Positions 39,273 to 49,237 are shown, numbered from the stretch's first letter. The stretch is DNA of 64,000 nucleotides from Chloroflexota bacterium (GCA_004297395.1 SCUO01000018.1:2383-66382); one strand, 5' to 3'. Notes: generated from the sequence alone by a model not told the origin. Translations and numbers: made by a program.

Positions 39273-40151
39273 TCAGACGAGGGGCACGACCTCGCGGACG
39301 AAGGCCTCCGCCTGGCTGGCCAGCGCTCCCGGATCGTGAGCCGGGAAGGCCAGGGCCAGGTGCCCGACGCCGATCGCGGCGAATGCCCGGATCTCGGCCG
39401 CGACATCCTCGGGGGTGCCCCGCATCGCGTAGCCGTCGACCGGCTCGCTCGAATCGAGGCGGACCCTGACACGCGCGGAAAGCGCCGGCATCGGACGACG
39501 GGCCTCATCGGCCGCGGCCCGGATGACGGCCAGCCGGGGCTCGTAGGCCGACGGGCTGGTGGCCGACGCGTGATACGTGTCGGCGAGGCGGCCGACCCGT
39601 CGGAGCGCCGCCTCCTGGCGGCCACCGATCCAGATCGGGATCGCCCCGTCCCGATCCGGCAGTGGCCCGAAGATGAAGTCGTCGAAGGTGTGGAAGCGGC
39701 CGTGGAACGGCCAGTCGGCGCCCGACCAGAGGTGCCGCCACAGCCGGACGGTCTCGTCGGTGTAGGCGCCGCGGACCGCGAACCGGTCGGCGACCCCGAC
39801 GTTCGCGAACTCGGCCCGGCTCCAGCCCACGCCGACCCCGGCGATGACCCGGCCGCGCGACAGGTTGTCGATCGTCGCCAGCTCCTTGGCCAGGACGACG
39901 GCGTTGCGCATCGGCACGACGATCACGCTGGCGCCCAGGCGGACTGTCGTCGTCCGGCCGGCGAGGTAGGCGAGCGTGGTGACCGCCTCGAAGATCCTGC
40001 CGTAGTCGTCGGCCGCGCTGGCGTCGACGAGGAGGTGGTCGGTCGTCCAGACGTCGGTGAAGCCGAGGCGCTCGGCGATCTCGCCGGCGGCATCGATGCC
40101 CTCGCGGGTGGCGTCGTCGCCGAGCGACGGGAGGATCAGGCCGTAGTCCAT
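39273..40151 (-). CDS. LLM-class (luciferase-like) F420-dependent oxidoreductase
   Basis: MDYGLILPSLG...FTDVWTTDHLL...TIDNLSRGRVIAGVGVGWSRAEF. ATG 40151 lies 7 nt downstream of TACGAT (complement of 40159-40164). Confidence 0.75.
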   Translation of the reverse strand: MDYGLILPSLGDDATREGIDAAGEIAERLGFTDVWTTDHLLVDASAADDYGRIFEAVTTLAYLAGRTTTVRLGASVIVVPMRNAVVLAKELATIDNLSRGRVIAGVGVGWSRAEFANVGVADRFAVRGAYTDETVRLWRHLWSGADWPFHGRFHTFDDFIFGPLPDRDGAIPIWIGGRQEAALRRVGRLADTYHASATSPSAYEPRLAVIRAAADEARRPMPALSARVRVRLDSSEPVDGYAMRGTPEDVAAEIRAFAAIGVGHLALAFPAHDPGALASQAEAFVREVVPLV

Positions 40152-40249
40152 GACAGCGATCGTACGACGCGAGGCGGGACCGGCGCCGGGCGCCCGACTT
40201 CCCACCCCGAACATTCACGTGCACGGCAAGGTTGCGGTACGATGCCGCC

Positions 40250-40804
40250 GTGACCACCGACATCGAGCCGACCGCGCCGCCTCGGCTCCTCCGGATCAAC
40301 GAGGTTGCCGCGGATGTCGGGTTGACCGCCCGCTCGATCCGCTACTACGAGGAGCTGGGGCTGCTGAAGCCGGCCGCGCGATCGGAGGGTGCGTACCGCC
40401 TCTACGACACCGACGACATCGAACGGCTGCGGTTCATCCGGGGCCTTCGCGACGACGCCGGGTTCAGCCTCGCCGAGATCGGCCGGCTGCTCGAGGGCGA
40501 AGCCGCCCGGGCTCGAAACCGGGCGCGCTTCCGGGAGTCGACCGACCACGCGGAGCGCCTGGCGATCGTGACCGACGGGCTCGCGAGGATCGACGATCAG
40601 ATCGCGATCCTCCGCGAGAAGGAGGCTCGACTCCGGGCGATGATCGTCGAGGCCGAGGGTCGCCGGCGCCACCTCCGTGGCCACCTCGCCGACCTCGAGG
40701 CCGGGCGCGAGCCGGCCCACCCACCGGCCGGCCAGCGGGCCGACCCGTCGCCGTCCACGGGGCCCGTCGCGGCCTCGGGCCGGCGCGATCGGTCCCGATC
40801 ATGA
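40250..40804 (+). CDS. MerR-family transcriptional regulator
   Basis: LRINEVAADVGLTARSIRYYEELGLLKPA...YRLYDTDDIERLRFIRGLR. I prefer GTG 40250 because TACGAT (40238-40243) lies 6 nt upstream. The ORF track starts at TTG 40232. Confidence 0.8.
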   Translation: MTTDIEPTAPPRLLRINEVAADVGLTARSIRYYEELGLLKPAARSEGAYRLYDTDDIERLRFIRGLRDDAGFSLAEIGRLLEGEAARARNRARFRESTDHAERLAIVTDGLARIDDQIAILREKEARLRAMIVEAEGRRRHLRGHLADLEAGREPAHPPAGQRADPSPSTGPVAASGRRDRSRS

Positions 40805-42168
40805 CGTTCGGCCGGCCATCCCTGGCCTCGGTGTTCGCCTTCCGCGGCTGGCGGGCGCTCCGCCACCGCAACTACCGCCTCTTCTTCGCCGGCCAGTTCG
40901 TGTCGCTCATCGGCACCTGGATGCAGACCGTCGCCCAGGGCTGGCTGGTCCTGCTCCTGACCGGCGATCCGTTCTGGCTTGGGGTCGTGGCCGCGGCCCA
41001 GTTCGGGCCGGTCCTCGTGCTCGGGCTCTTCGGCGGCCTCATCGCTGACAGCCTGCCGAAGCGCCGGACGCTGTTCGTCGCCCAGACGGTCGCCATGATC
41101 CTGGCCTTCGTCCTCTTCGGCCTGACCGTGACCAACGTGGTCGAGGTCGGCCACATCGTCGTCCTGGCCCTCCTCCTCGGCGTCGTCAACGCGGTCGACA
41201 TGCCGACCCGCCAGTCCTTCGTCGTCGACCTGGTCGGCCGGGAAGATCTGGGCAACGCCGTCGCCCTCAACTCGGCCGTCTTCAACAGCGCTCGCGTGGT
41301 GGGGCCGGCGATCGCCGGGCTGACGATCGCGGCGACCGACATCTCCGTCGCCTTCCTCGTCAACGGCATCAGCTTCCTGGCGGTCCTGGCTTCGTACCGG
41401 GCCATGCGGCTACCGGCGCTGGCCTCGTCCGCCCGCATGACCCGGCCGACGACGGTCGCCGGCGCCGTGGCCGACCTCGGCGAGGGCCTTCGCTACGTTC
41501 GGACCACGCCGCTGGTGCTCCTGCCGATCCTCGTCATCGGCCTCGTCGCCACCTTCGGGATGAACTTCTCGGTCGTCGTCCCGGCGCTCGCTCGTGACGT
41601 CCTCCACGTCGGCGCCGAGGGCTTCGGCTTCCTGATGGCGGCGACGGGCGTCGGCTCCTTCGTGGCCGCGATGGGGATCGCGTTCGGTCGTCGGAGCCGC
41701 CCGGCGCTCATCGGGCTCGGGGCCTTGACTCTCGGCGCGGCCGAGCTGGTGGTGGCCGCGTCCGGCTCCTACGGCCTCTCGCTCGTCGCGATGTTCGTCG
41801 TCGGGCTTGGCGGCATCGGCATGGCAGCGACCTGCAACACCACCATCCAGATGACCGTTCCTGACCACCTGCGGGGCCGGATCATGTCCGTCTACACCAC
41901 GGTCTTTGCCGGCTCGACGCCGATCGGCGGGCTCATGACCGGGATCCTCGCCTCGGCCTTTGGCGTGCCGCTGGCGATCGCGGTGGGGGGCGCCGGGAGC
42001 CTCGTCGTCGGCCTTGCCGCGTACGCCTGGTACCGGCGCAGGTGGCCGGCCGCGGCGACGGCAACGGCGCCGGCTGCGGCCTCGGACATCGTCATCGCTG
42101 CGGAGCCGGTCGATATGGCAGCCGCAGGAGTGCCAGAAGCGGCTCGCCGGTGGTCTGCCCGAGGCTGA
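40801..42168 (+). CDS. MFS transporter
   Basis: ATG 40801 overlaps the merR-like stop (ATGA). There are about 12 predicted TM helices, with an N-terminus FRGWRALRHRNYRLFFAGQFVSLIGTWMQ typical of EntS/DUF894-like MFS proteins. Confidence 0.8.
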   Translation: MTFGRPSLASVFAFRGWRALRHRNYRLFFAGQFVSLIGTWMQTVAQGWLVLLLTGDPFWLGVVAAAQFGPVLVLGLFGGLIADSLPKRRTLFVAQTVAMILAFVLFGLTVTNVVEVGHIVVLALLLGVVNAVDMPTRQSFVVDLVGREDLGNAVALNSAVFNSARVVGPAIAGLTIAATDISVAFLVNGISFLAVLASYRAMRLPALASSARMTRPTTVAGAVADLGEGLRYVRTTPLVLLPILVIGLVATFGMNFSVVVPALARDVLHVGAEGFGFLMAATGVGSFVAAMGIAFGRRSRPALIGLGALTLGAAELVVAASGSYGLSLVAMFVVGLGGIGMAATCNTTIQMTVPDHLRGRIMSVYTTVFAGSTPIGGLMTGILASAFGVPLAIAVGGAGSLVVGLAAYAWYRRRWPAAATATAPAAASDIVIAAEPVDMAAAGVPEAARRWSARG

Positions 42169-42826
42169 CCGGGGAGCGCTGCGCCGCGCCGGCCATCTCG
42201 ACCATCTCGGCCTCGTTTGCTTCGTCGGCCTCGCCCGAGGTGCCCCCGCTCCCGGTCGCGACGCCGCCGATCCGCAGTGTCACGGCGACGTCATCCCGGC
42301 CGGGGTGGTTGGGGTCGTAGATCCGGATCGTTGCGAGGGCCGGACCCGCGGCGTAGGCGTAGCCGAGGACCTGGTGGTTTGTCGTCAACGAGAACGGGTT
42401 GACGGCCGCCGAGCGGACCAGGCCGAGCGATGCCGGCCGGCCGGTCTCGATGCCGGCCCGGATCGACCGCCACTCGCGTACCTGGGCGGCGGCCGTCCAG
42501 CGCCCGAGTCGCACGCGGGCCGCGGCCCACCAGAACCGCAGCGGCGTGACCCCGAGCTCGAGCGAATCGAGCTGGCGATGGGCGATCTCCTCGAACAGCG
42601 CCGTGCCGGCGGGCGGGGGCGCGGCATCCGGGGGCGGCGCCTCGCCCCGCAGGAAGCGATCGGCTGCGGCAAAGCACATCCCGCCGCAGAGGCCCTCGGC
42701 GACCTCGCCGATCCCGATCCGGAGGTACCGCGCCCGGAGCTCGAAGGCCGGCCCGGCCGGCCAGCGATTGGGGAACCTGAAGCCGCTCGTCGAGGGCAGG
42801 AACCCGGCCACCACGCCCGTTCGCAT
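42092..42826 (-). CDS. hypothetical cytoplasmic protein with candidate Cys...His catalytic pair
   Basis: GLCGGMCFAAADRF and later TTNHQVLGYAY suggest a papain-like or cysteine-hydrolase arrangement. The start is uncertain (ATG 42826 or 42850, or GTG 42856). The 3' end overlaps the convergent MFS gene by 77 nt. Confidence 0.45.
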   Translation of the reverse strand: MRTGVVAGFLPSTSGFRFPNRWPAGPAFELRARYLRIGIGEVAEGLCGGMCFAAADRFLRGEAPPPDAAPPPAGTALFEEIAHRQLDSLELGVTPLRFWWAAARVRLGRWTAAAQVREWRSIRAGIETGRPASLGLVRSAAVNPFSLTTNHQVLGYAYAAGPALATIRIYDPNHPGRDDVAVTLRIGGVATGSGGTSGEADEANEAEMVEMAGAAQRSPVSLGQTTGEPLLALLRLPYRPAPQR

Positions 42827-42908
42827 GGTCCTGACAGTAGCGCGGATCATCCGCACGTGGCGGCCTCGACGACCCGAATCGCCGGAACCACCGATTCCTC
42901 TGGCGAGA

Positions 42909-42935
42909 GGGGCCCGGGCCTGCGGCCCGGGCCCC
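42909..42935 (-). terminator. 12-bp perfect GC hairpin immediately after the large S8 peptidase gene
   Basis: GGGGCCCGGGCC-TGC-GGCCCGGGCCCC, located 9 nt downstream of the stop at 42944. Confidence 0.55.
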
Positions 42936-42943
42936 GCCCCCCG

Positions 42944-45900
42944 CTACCGGAACCTGGCGCTGGCCGTGCTCCTGGCGACCTCCAGGCTGTCCTCGACAAG
43001 CCGGACGACGATCGTCCAGTTGCCGTTGCCGTAGGCGCTCGTCGCGAAGCCGAAGCTCCAGCTTGCCAGGCCGTCGGCGGTGTGCCAGTCATCCCCGTGC
43101 GGAGCACCGTTCCTGCGGACGATCTGCCACTCGACCCGGGCATCGGGCGCGACCCGGAAGGTCGAGCTCGCGACCGCGGAGTACGTCGTGTCGATCCGGG
43201 CGCGCACGTGGACCGTGTGCTGGCCGTCGGCGAGGGTGCCGAGCGTGAAGCTCCACGTCCCCGAATCGGCGTCCCAGGTCGCCTGTTGCGGGGCCCCGAA
43301 CGAGGCGTCGTCGATCGAGACCTCGACCGCCCGCCGGGACGGGTGATCGCCGGCGCCCGTCGGGTCGCTGCCGAGATCCGGAAACGCCACCTGCCCGCCG
43401 GCGACGATCGTCGAGCCGCTCGGTGAGCTGGAGCCCGCCGCCGGGCTGTCGACGGTGACCCCGAAGTCGAGGCCTGAGGGCGGCATCGGGGCCGCGACGA
43501 TCGCGACCTTCGAGGCGTGCCGGCCCTCGTGTCCGAAGGCGTACTCGCGGACGCCGAGGAGCGAGATCTGGAACGTCAGGTGTTCGCCGGTGAAGGCCGG
43601 CCGCGTCGTCTCGAACGCCAGGTCGAACTTGGTCCAGCACAGCTCGCCGACCGTCTCGCAACCGCCCCCGTCGGGCAGCGGCTGGCCCTGGACGTTCGAG
43701 CCATCGCCGGTCCCGAAGCCGAGCATCGGCTGGAGGGGGCTCATGCCCGCCCCGATCTCGCGATCGGTGGCCATGAGCGTGCCGGATGCCCGGCCCACGG
43801 TTGGCGTCGCCGACGTGACGTACAGCGTGGCGTAGACGTCGGAGCCGGCCGGCAGCGGCGCGTCGAGGGTCACCGACGCCGGGTAGATGCCGAGCGGCCG
43901 GAATGCCGCGGGGACGCTCGTCACCCGGTTCTCGAAGCACTCGAGATCGCCGGCGCTGTCCGAGGTGTCCATGAACGATTCGTTGTCGTCGGCGATGCAG
44001 GACACCGCGGTGCCGGGCTCGGCGCTGAACTGTCGGTGGAGGTACCAGGTCTGGGCGGTCTGGCCTGCCGGCACCGAGAGGGCCTCGACGACGCCGAGCT
44101 TCTCGGCCGCGACCCGGAGGGCGGCGAGCGAGCCCTCGAGCGTGCCGACCGACTCGAGCGTGACCGTCGGGTCCACAAACCCCTGGAAGTCGACATCGCC
44201 GTCGCCGTCTCGATCGTACCCGCCGTACAGGGTGTCCTTGACGGCCTGGTCGAGGGCGTTGAACTGATCCTCGAACGAGCGGTCGGGGACGAGGGCCCGG
44301 CCGAGGATGACGTCGACAGCTCGCTTCGCGCCCTCCGGAGTGGCCGCGCCGTAGCCCTCGAACAGCATGTTCGTCTCGGGCGTCAGGTACGGCGCGGTCA
44401 TCGGGAAGGGATAGGTCGAGGGCTGGTTGTCCTGGTTGAGCGGGAAGGCCGTCTTGAGGACCGCGTCGCGGAGCTCGCTCCGGGTGAGACGGCCGTCATC
44501 GAGGTAGACGCTGCCCGGGATGGCCACGCCCTCGGCCACGACCTGGCCCGGCCGCTGGCCGGCGATGCCGTCGCCGATCGCCCGCCGGACCTCGGTCAGG
44601 ACGGTGCCGAAGATGCCGGCGGTGTACGGCGTCGCGGCGCTCGTGCCGCCGAAGGCGCATTGGCCGACGGTGCCGGTCCGGCAGGCCGAGGGCAGGTTGC
44701 CGTCGCCCCAGGCGCTGATGTCGACCGGGATCCCGTCGCCCACGATCGCCCGCTGATTGTCGCGCCGGATGGCGCCGACGGTGATGTTCCAGGACGCGCC
44801 GGTCTGGTCCGAGCCGTATGTGGCAATCGGCACGTCGAAGGCGTTGCCGATGCCGTTGCCGGCGGCGAACAGGACGGTCTGGCCGCGCTCGGCGGCCTCG
44901 CGGGTGGCCTCGTTCGGGCCGACCACCGGCCCGATGGGGGCGCCGCCAACGTAGCCGAAGGAGTGGGACGTGATGTCAACGAACGGGTAGCTCGTCGCGA
45001 TCGACTCGTCGAGGCCTTCGACGAAGAAGAGCAGGCAGGTTGGGCAGTAGCCGTAGCGATTGCCGGTCGACACCGAGGTCGAGCCGGTGCCGTGCCCGTC
45101 GTCATCGAGGATCGGCGTGGCGTCGGCGGCCGCGTTGGAGGCGGCGTTGTTGTCGGCGTCGACCGCGCCGATGATCTTGGTGCCCGGGATCCAGTAGAGC
45201 TTGCCCTGCTCGACGCCGGCGAAGACGGCCGCGTCCTGGGCCGGGAAGTAGCCCTGGCCGAGGGTCAGCGGGAGGGCCTCGGACTCCGCCGGGTAGCCGG
45301 CGATATAGGCCGAGGGATGGCGAGTGAAGCCGCCCGTCAGCCGGAGGACATCCGGGTCGGGATAGGCGAGGGCGCTGAACTCGAGGTGGTAGGGGTTGAT
45401 CCCGGAATCGGCGACGCCGATGACGGTGATCGGGGTCGTATCGAGGGCCAGGCGAGCCGGGTCGGCGACGAGGACCGAGACCGTCTGACGCCGCTCGAGG
45501 CCGTCCGCGTCGGTGACCTTCAGTGTCCCCAGCCAGCGGCCGGCGTCGAGCTGGGCGGTGACGTCGACCCCGGGTGTCTCGAAGACACCGTCGTCGGTGA
45601 GGTCCCAGGCCGCGATCAGCGGCGCGGTGCCGCCGGCGACCGTGCCGTCGAGGGCCTGCGTCGCGTCCAGGGCGAAGCGGTACGGCCCGCCGCCGTCGAC
45701 GGTCGGCCGGGGGTCGGCCGAAAGGACCCGGCCGGTCACGACCACGTGGACCGAGTCGGTGACAGTCAGGTAGCGCTCCATGCGCACCGTCCACGTCCCG
45801 GCGACGGGCGCGGCCGCACCGGCGACCTCGAGCTGGAAGGTAAGGTTCGTGGCGCCGTTGCCGGAATAGCCGCCTTGGGCCTCCGTCCCGTTCGGGTCGA

Positions 45901-46573
45901 CGACGTGGAGGTCGTAGTCATTGGCGATGTTCGTCCAGGTGGCCGTGACGGTCATCGAGCTGAGGCCGGCCGGCACGACCACTGGGAAGTCGAGGTAGCT
46001 CGTGAGCGTCGGGTTGCCGATACCGACGTTGGCCAACACCGGATCGGACTTCGTCTCGTCGAGCAGCGTCTGCGTGGCCGCGGCGGCGACGACGACCTTG
46101 ACGCCATCGGTCGCGGTGGCACCCGCGGCGTCCCGGACCGTCAAGGTCAGGGTGTAGGTGCCGGATGCGACGCCGGCCGTGTCGAGGAGGGCCGTCGCGC
46201 CCGTCCCACCGTCGGCGAGCGATCCAACCGGGGACGTCCAGCTGAAGTCGTACGGCGCGGTGCCGCCCCAGGCGGCGCCGATGAAGGTGGCCTTCTGGCC
46301 GCTGGCGACGAACGGGCTGTCGCCGGCATCAGCGACGAGCGGCCGCATCTCCGTCCCACCGCCCGCGCTGGTGGCGCTCGTCCCGGCGACGGTGACCGAG
46401 CCGGACAGAGGCTCCTTCACGGCGCCGCCCACGACGGGCTGGCCGCCGACGCTCGTGATCGTCACCGCCGGGGCAGCCCCGAAGGCCGAGGTCGCGAGGA
46501 CGACGGCCGCGAGGACCGCGGCGAGGGTCGTCCGGACCGGCCGTGCCGGCCGGCGATGGCGGGATCCGAACAT
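42944..46573 (-). CDS. large secreted S8-family serine peptidase with PKD/Ig-like repeats (about 1209 aa)
   Basis: ATG 46573 follows AAGGAGG. Signal peptide: RTTLAAVLAAVVLATSAFGAAPA. PKD-like segment: GTAPYDFSWTSPVG...YTLTLTVRDAAGATATD. Catalytic triad motifs: GVADSGINPYH, DDDGHGTGSTS and FGGTSAATPYTAG. Confidence 0.85.
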   Translation of the reverse strand: MFGSRHRRPARPVRTTLAAVLAAVVLATSAFGAAPAVTITSVGGQPVVGGAVKEPLSGSVTVAGTSATSAGGGTEMRPLVADAGDSPFVASGQKATFIGAAWGGTAPYDFSWTSPVGSLADGGTGATALLDTAGVASGTYTLTLTVRDAAGATATDGVKVVVAAAATQTLLDETKSDPVLANVGIGNPTLTSYLDFPVVVPAGLSSMTVTATWTNIANDYDLHVVDPNGTEAQGGYSGNGATNLTFQLEVAGAAAPVAGTWTVRMERYLTVTDSVHVVVTGRVLSADPRPTVDGGGPYRFALDATQALDGTVAGGTAPLIAAWDLTDDGVFETPGVDVTAQLDAGRWLGTLKVTDADGLERRQTVSVLVADPARLALDTTPITVIGVADSGINPYHLEFSALAYPDPDVLRLTGGFTRHPSAYIAGYPAESEALPLTLGQGYFPAQDAAVFAGVEQGKLYWIPGTKIIGAVDADNNAASNAAADATPILDDDGHGTGSTSVSTGNRYGYCPTCLLFFVEGLDESIATSYPFVDITSHSFGYVGGAPIGPVVGPNEATREAAERGQTVLFAAGNGIGNAFDVPIATYGSDQTGASWNITVGAIRRDNQRAIVGDGIPVDISAWGDGNLPSACRTGTVGQCAFGGTSAATPYTAGIFGTVLTEVRRAIGDGIAGQRPGQVVAEGVAIPGSVYLDDGRLTRSELRDAVLKTAFPLNQDNQPSTYPFPMTAPYLTPETNMLFEGYGAATPEGAKRAVDVILGRALVPDRSFEDQFNALDQAVKDTLYGGYDRDGDGDVDFQGFVDPTVTLESVGTLEGSLAALRVAAEKLGVVEALSVPAGQTAQTWYLHRQFSAEPGTAVSCIADDNESFMDTSDSAGDLECFENRVTSVPAAFRPLGIYPASVTLDAPLPAGSDVYATLYVTSATPTVGRASGTLMATDREIGAGMSPLQPMLGFGTGDGSNVQGQPLPDGGGCETVGELCWTKFDLAFETTRPAFTGEHLTFQISLLGVREYAFGHEGRHASKVAIVAAPMPPSGLDFGVTVDSPAAGSSSPSGSTIVAGGQVAFPDLGSDPTGAGDHPSRRAVEVSIDDASFGAPQQATWDADSGTWSFTLGTLADGQHTVHVRARIDTTYSAVASSTFRVAPDARVEWQIVRRNGAPHGDDWHTADGLASWSFGFATSAYGNGNWTIVVRLVEDSLEVARSTASARFR

Positions 46574-46632
46574 GACGAGCTGCCTCCTTGAAGTGACGCG
46601 GCCGGGGCCGCGGGGACGTCGATCGGGGAGGT

Positions 46633-46663
46633 GGCGGTGCGCCGCCGGACGCGGCGCACCGCC
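46633..46663 (-). terminator. 12-13-bp GC hairpin between the two S8 peptidase genes
   Basis: GGCGGTGCGCCG(C)-loop-(G)CGGCGCACCGCC, located 43 nt downstream of the stop at 46706. Confidence 0.5.
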
Positions 46664-46705
46664 GGAGGAGTCCGCCGGTCGCACGACGGCGGCTCTGGTG
46701 GTGGC

Positions 46706-48199
46706 CTACTCCGTGTATTCCGGGCAGGCCGGGACGGACGGATCGGAGGCCGCCCGCGTCGTGCCCTGCACGGCCCGCAGGGCGTCGATGCGCCCGTGCC
46801 CGAAGCACTCGTCGTAGCCGGGCAGGCCCAGGTCGACGGCGGTCGCCTGGAGGAGCGACTCCACCCTCGTGACGGCCAACGTCCAGTCGCCGTCGGCGCC
46901 GAGGTAGCCGAACTGGCTGACGATGAGGGCCGCGACGCCTGCCGTGTGGGGCGAGGCCATCGACGTCCCCTGGATGCAGGCGTAGGCGTTTCCGGGGACC
47001 GTCGAGAGGATCGTCGTCGTGCAGTCGCCAGTGGTGCCGTCGCCGCCCGGAGCCACCACGTCGGTGGCGCCGGCCCCGTAGTTCGAGTAGCTCGACTTGC
47101 CGGTGCCGTTGCCGAGGGCCGCCGTGCCGATGACGCCGCTCGACTCGGCAGGCACGACCTCGCACTCGTTGTCGATCGGCTGGCCGTCGGCGTCGACCGG
47201 GTGGGCGAGGTCCTGGTCGGAGTTGCCGAGCGCCGCGATCGCCACGACGCCCTGGCTGCGGGCGTACTGGAGCGCTCGCTCCACGGCCCGTCGGAAGGCC
47301 CGCTGGGTCGGGTCACTGGAGCACTTGAACTCGGTCGACTCCTGGAAGGCGTCGTCGTCGACGAAGAAGCTCATGTTGATGACCTCGAGCCGCTGATCGG
47401 CCGCGTAGGTGATCCCATCGACCACCGCGCTGGCGTAGCAGTAGCCCGTCGCGTCGCAGACCTTGACCGGGACGAGCGTCACGTTCGGGGCCACGCCGAC
47501 GATCCCGTGGCCGTTCGCCCGCGCCGCGATCGTGCCGGCGACGTGCGTCCCATGGAACTGGTTGTCGACGCATGGATCCGGCGTCCCGACGGCGACGCCG
47601 GGGGGCAGGACCGCGAGCGAGTCATGGCCGAGCGCGCAGTCGACGTTCGAGGCACCGTCCTTCTGGAAGTCGACGTGGCTCCCGGTGATGCCGCTGTCGA
47701 GGACGCCGACCTGGACCTCCGGCCGACCCGCCTGGATGGCGTGGGCCTGGCCGGTCCGGATCGCCTCCATGTCCCACTGGATCGGCTCGAGTGGGTCGGC
47801 GTGGGTTTCCGGTGCTGCCCCGGCGCCCGGGCCGCCCGAGGGGATCCCCAGCCAGGCCCAGTCCGCCCCGACCTCCTCCACGAGCGCGTAGCTCGTCAGG
47901 AGCGCATGGAACTGGCTGCTCGCGGATTCGACGACCATGACCCCGATCTGCTTCGAGAGGTCGGTCGAGACGGTGCCGCCGGCGGCCCTGACGATGCTCA
48001 GTGCGTATTCGTGATTGAGGGCGTAATCGCCGCCCAGGGCGTAGCTGCCGTCGAGGGCGTAGGTGCCCGAGAAGACGACCAGGTAGCGCTGCGGCGAAGC
48101 CGTGCTTGCGGTAGTGCCCACGGCGAGCGAGCCGGCCAATGCCAGGCCAGCCAGCAAGGCGCCCAGGCGGCGTGCCCGCCCGAACCGAGTGTGCGACAT
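46706..48199 (-). CDS. secreted subtilisin-like S8 serine peptidase
   Basis: ATG follows AGGAGGA. It has a signal peptide RLGALLAGLALAGSLAVG. Catalytic motifs VGVLDSGITGSHVDF, FHGTHVAGTIAA and QGTSMASPHTAGVAALI are present. Confidence 0.9.
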   Translation of the reverse strand: MSHTRFGRARRLGALLAGLALAGSLAVGTTASTASPQRYLVVFSGTYALDGSYALGGDYALNHEYALSIVRAAGGTVSTDLSKQIGVMVVESASSQFHALLTSYALVEEVGADWAWLGIPSGGPGAGAAPETHADPLEPIQWDMEAIRTGQAHAIQAGRPEVQVGVLDSGITGSHVDFQKDGASNVDCALGHDSLAVLPPGVAVGTPDPCVDNQFHGTHVAGTIAARANGHGIVGVAPNVTLVPVKVCDATGYCYASAVVDGITYAADQRLEVINMSFFVDDDAFQESTEFKCSSDPTQRAFRRAVERALQYARSQGVVAIAALGNSDQDLAHPVDADGQPIDNECEVVPAESSGVIGTAALGNGTGKSSYSNYGAGATDVVAPGGDGTTGDCTTTILSTVPGNAYACIQGTSMASPHTAGVAALIVSQFGYLGADGDWTLAVTRVESLLQATAVDLGLPGYDECFGHGRIDALRAVQGTTRAASDPSVPACPEYTE

Positions 48200-48222
48200 G
48201 GGACGCGGCCTCCTCCTATGAC

Positions 48223-48237
48223 ACCACTTACGGTGGT
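48223..48237 (-). promoter_or_regulatory. perfect ACCAC-N5-GTGGT palindrome in the 5' UTR of the S8 peptidase gene (candidate TrmB operator or RNA hairpin)
   Basis: ACCACTTACGGTGGT lies between the predicted -10 and the SD, and extends to CACCAC/GTGGTG. Confidence 0.5.
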
Positions 48238-48258
48238 GCCGCTTTCGACTTGGACGGC

Positions 48259-48287
48259 ATGCTAGGCACCACTGGTAGGGGTGTCAA
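48259..48287 (-). promoter_or_regulatory. sigma-70-type promoter TTGACA-N17-TAGCAT for the S8 peptidase gene, with an ACCCC-N5-GTGGT box in the spacer
   Basis: The minus strand reads TTGACA (complement of 48282-48287), then CCCCTACCAGTGGTGCC, then TAGCAT (complement of 48259-48264), about 60 nt upstream of ATG 48199. Confidence 0.6.
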
Positions 48288-48406
48288 GTCACAATTCCAT
48301 TGCAATCCCGGGCGCCACGCGCCCGTGGGACCACGCCGATCAACCGGCGAAGCGCACCCGGGAGCCGGGTCGAGCCGGTGCCGGACACAGGGGCCGGCGC
48401 CGCGGT

Positions 48407-49237
48407 TCAGGCGGGCTGGGCCGCCTGTCTGACTCGAAGGTCGTCGGCCTGCTCGAACGTGAGCCCGGTCGACCAGACCGCATCGAACGCGAGCTTGAGG
48501 GTCTGGGCCAGGGCGTGGTGCTCGACGACCATGATCGTCAGCTCCTGGCCGCCACCGACCGGGTCCTGCATCCCGAACATGACGATCGCCTCGTCGATGA
48601 TGACGAGCTTGAGCGGGACCTCGGGGACGAAGCGGGCGTCCTCACCGGCCTTGATGAATCGTCGCACGCCTTCCCGGGTCGCCGGATCGTCGAGGATCGA
48701 CAGCGCGTAGACCGAGCGGGCTTCGTGGGTCCTCGTGACCTCGATGCCCTCGACGTTCTCCTGCGGCGGCGTCGCGTACGGCGGCTTGGTGAAGACGAGG
48801 ATCTCCCGCTTGACGGCGGCCTGGAGCTCGGCGAAGCGCTCGTTGATCGCGCCGCGGTCGCGGAGGACCTCGATGTACTCGAGCGGGTCGCTGTGGGCCT
48901 GGCCGGCGTCGTACTGCGGGGTCAGCCCGGCGATGACGTCCACCGCGTCGCGCTCGAGGTCGGCCATCTCGCGACGGCGCGCGGCGACGAGCCGGTCGAC
49001 GGCGGCCTCTGGGGCGATCGCCGCGTATTTCACGACGCCGCCGGGCCGGGTCGAGGCCAGCCCCTTCTCGACGAGGCTGGCAAGCACGTCGTAGATCCGC
49101 TGGCGAGGCAGGCCCGCCTGGCGCGCCACCTGGGCCGCGGTGAAGGAGTCCCGCCGGACGAGCGCGGCGTATGCCTTCGCTTCGTAGGTGGTCAGACCGA
49201 GGCGCACGAGCCGGTCGATCAGGGCCTTGCCTTCCAT
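48407..49237 (-). CDS. TrmB-family transcriptional regulator
   Basis: N-terminal w[58 protein letters not shown], followed by a TrmB-like C-terminal domain. Confidence 0.8.
   Translation of the reverse strand: MEGKALIDRLVRLGLTTYEAKAYAALVRRDSFTAAQVARQAGLPRQRIYDVLASLVEKGLASTRPGGVVKYAAIAPEAAVDRLVAARRREMADLERDAVDVIAGLTPQYDAGQAHSDPLEYIEVLRDRGAINERFAELQAAVKREILVFTKPPYATPPQENVEGIEVTRTHEARSVYALSILDDPATREGVRRFIKAGEDARFVPEVPLKLVIIDEAIVMFGMQDPVGGGQELTIMVVEHHALAQTLKLAFDAVWSTGLTFEQADDLRVRQAAQPA

Noticed and set aside
43517-46591. 1024-aa plus-strand ORF
   Set aside because: It is antisense to the large S8 peptidase gene (which has clear D/H/S motifs, a signal peptide and an SD) and has no recognisable domains.
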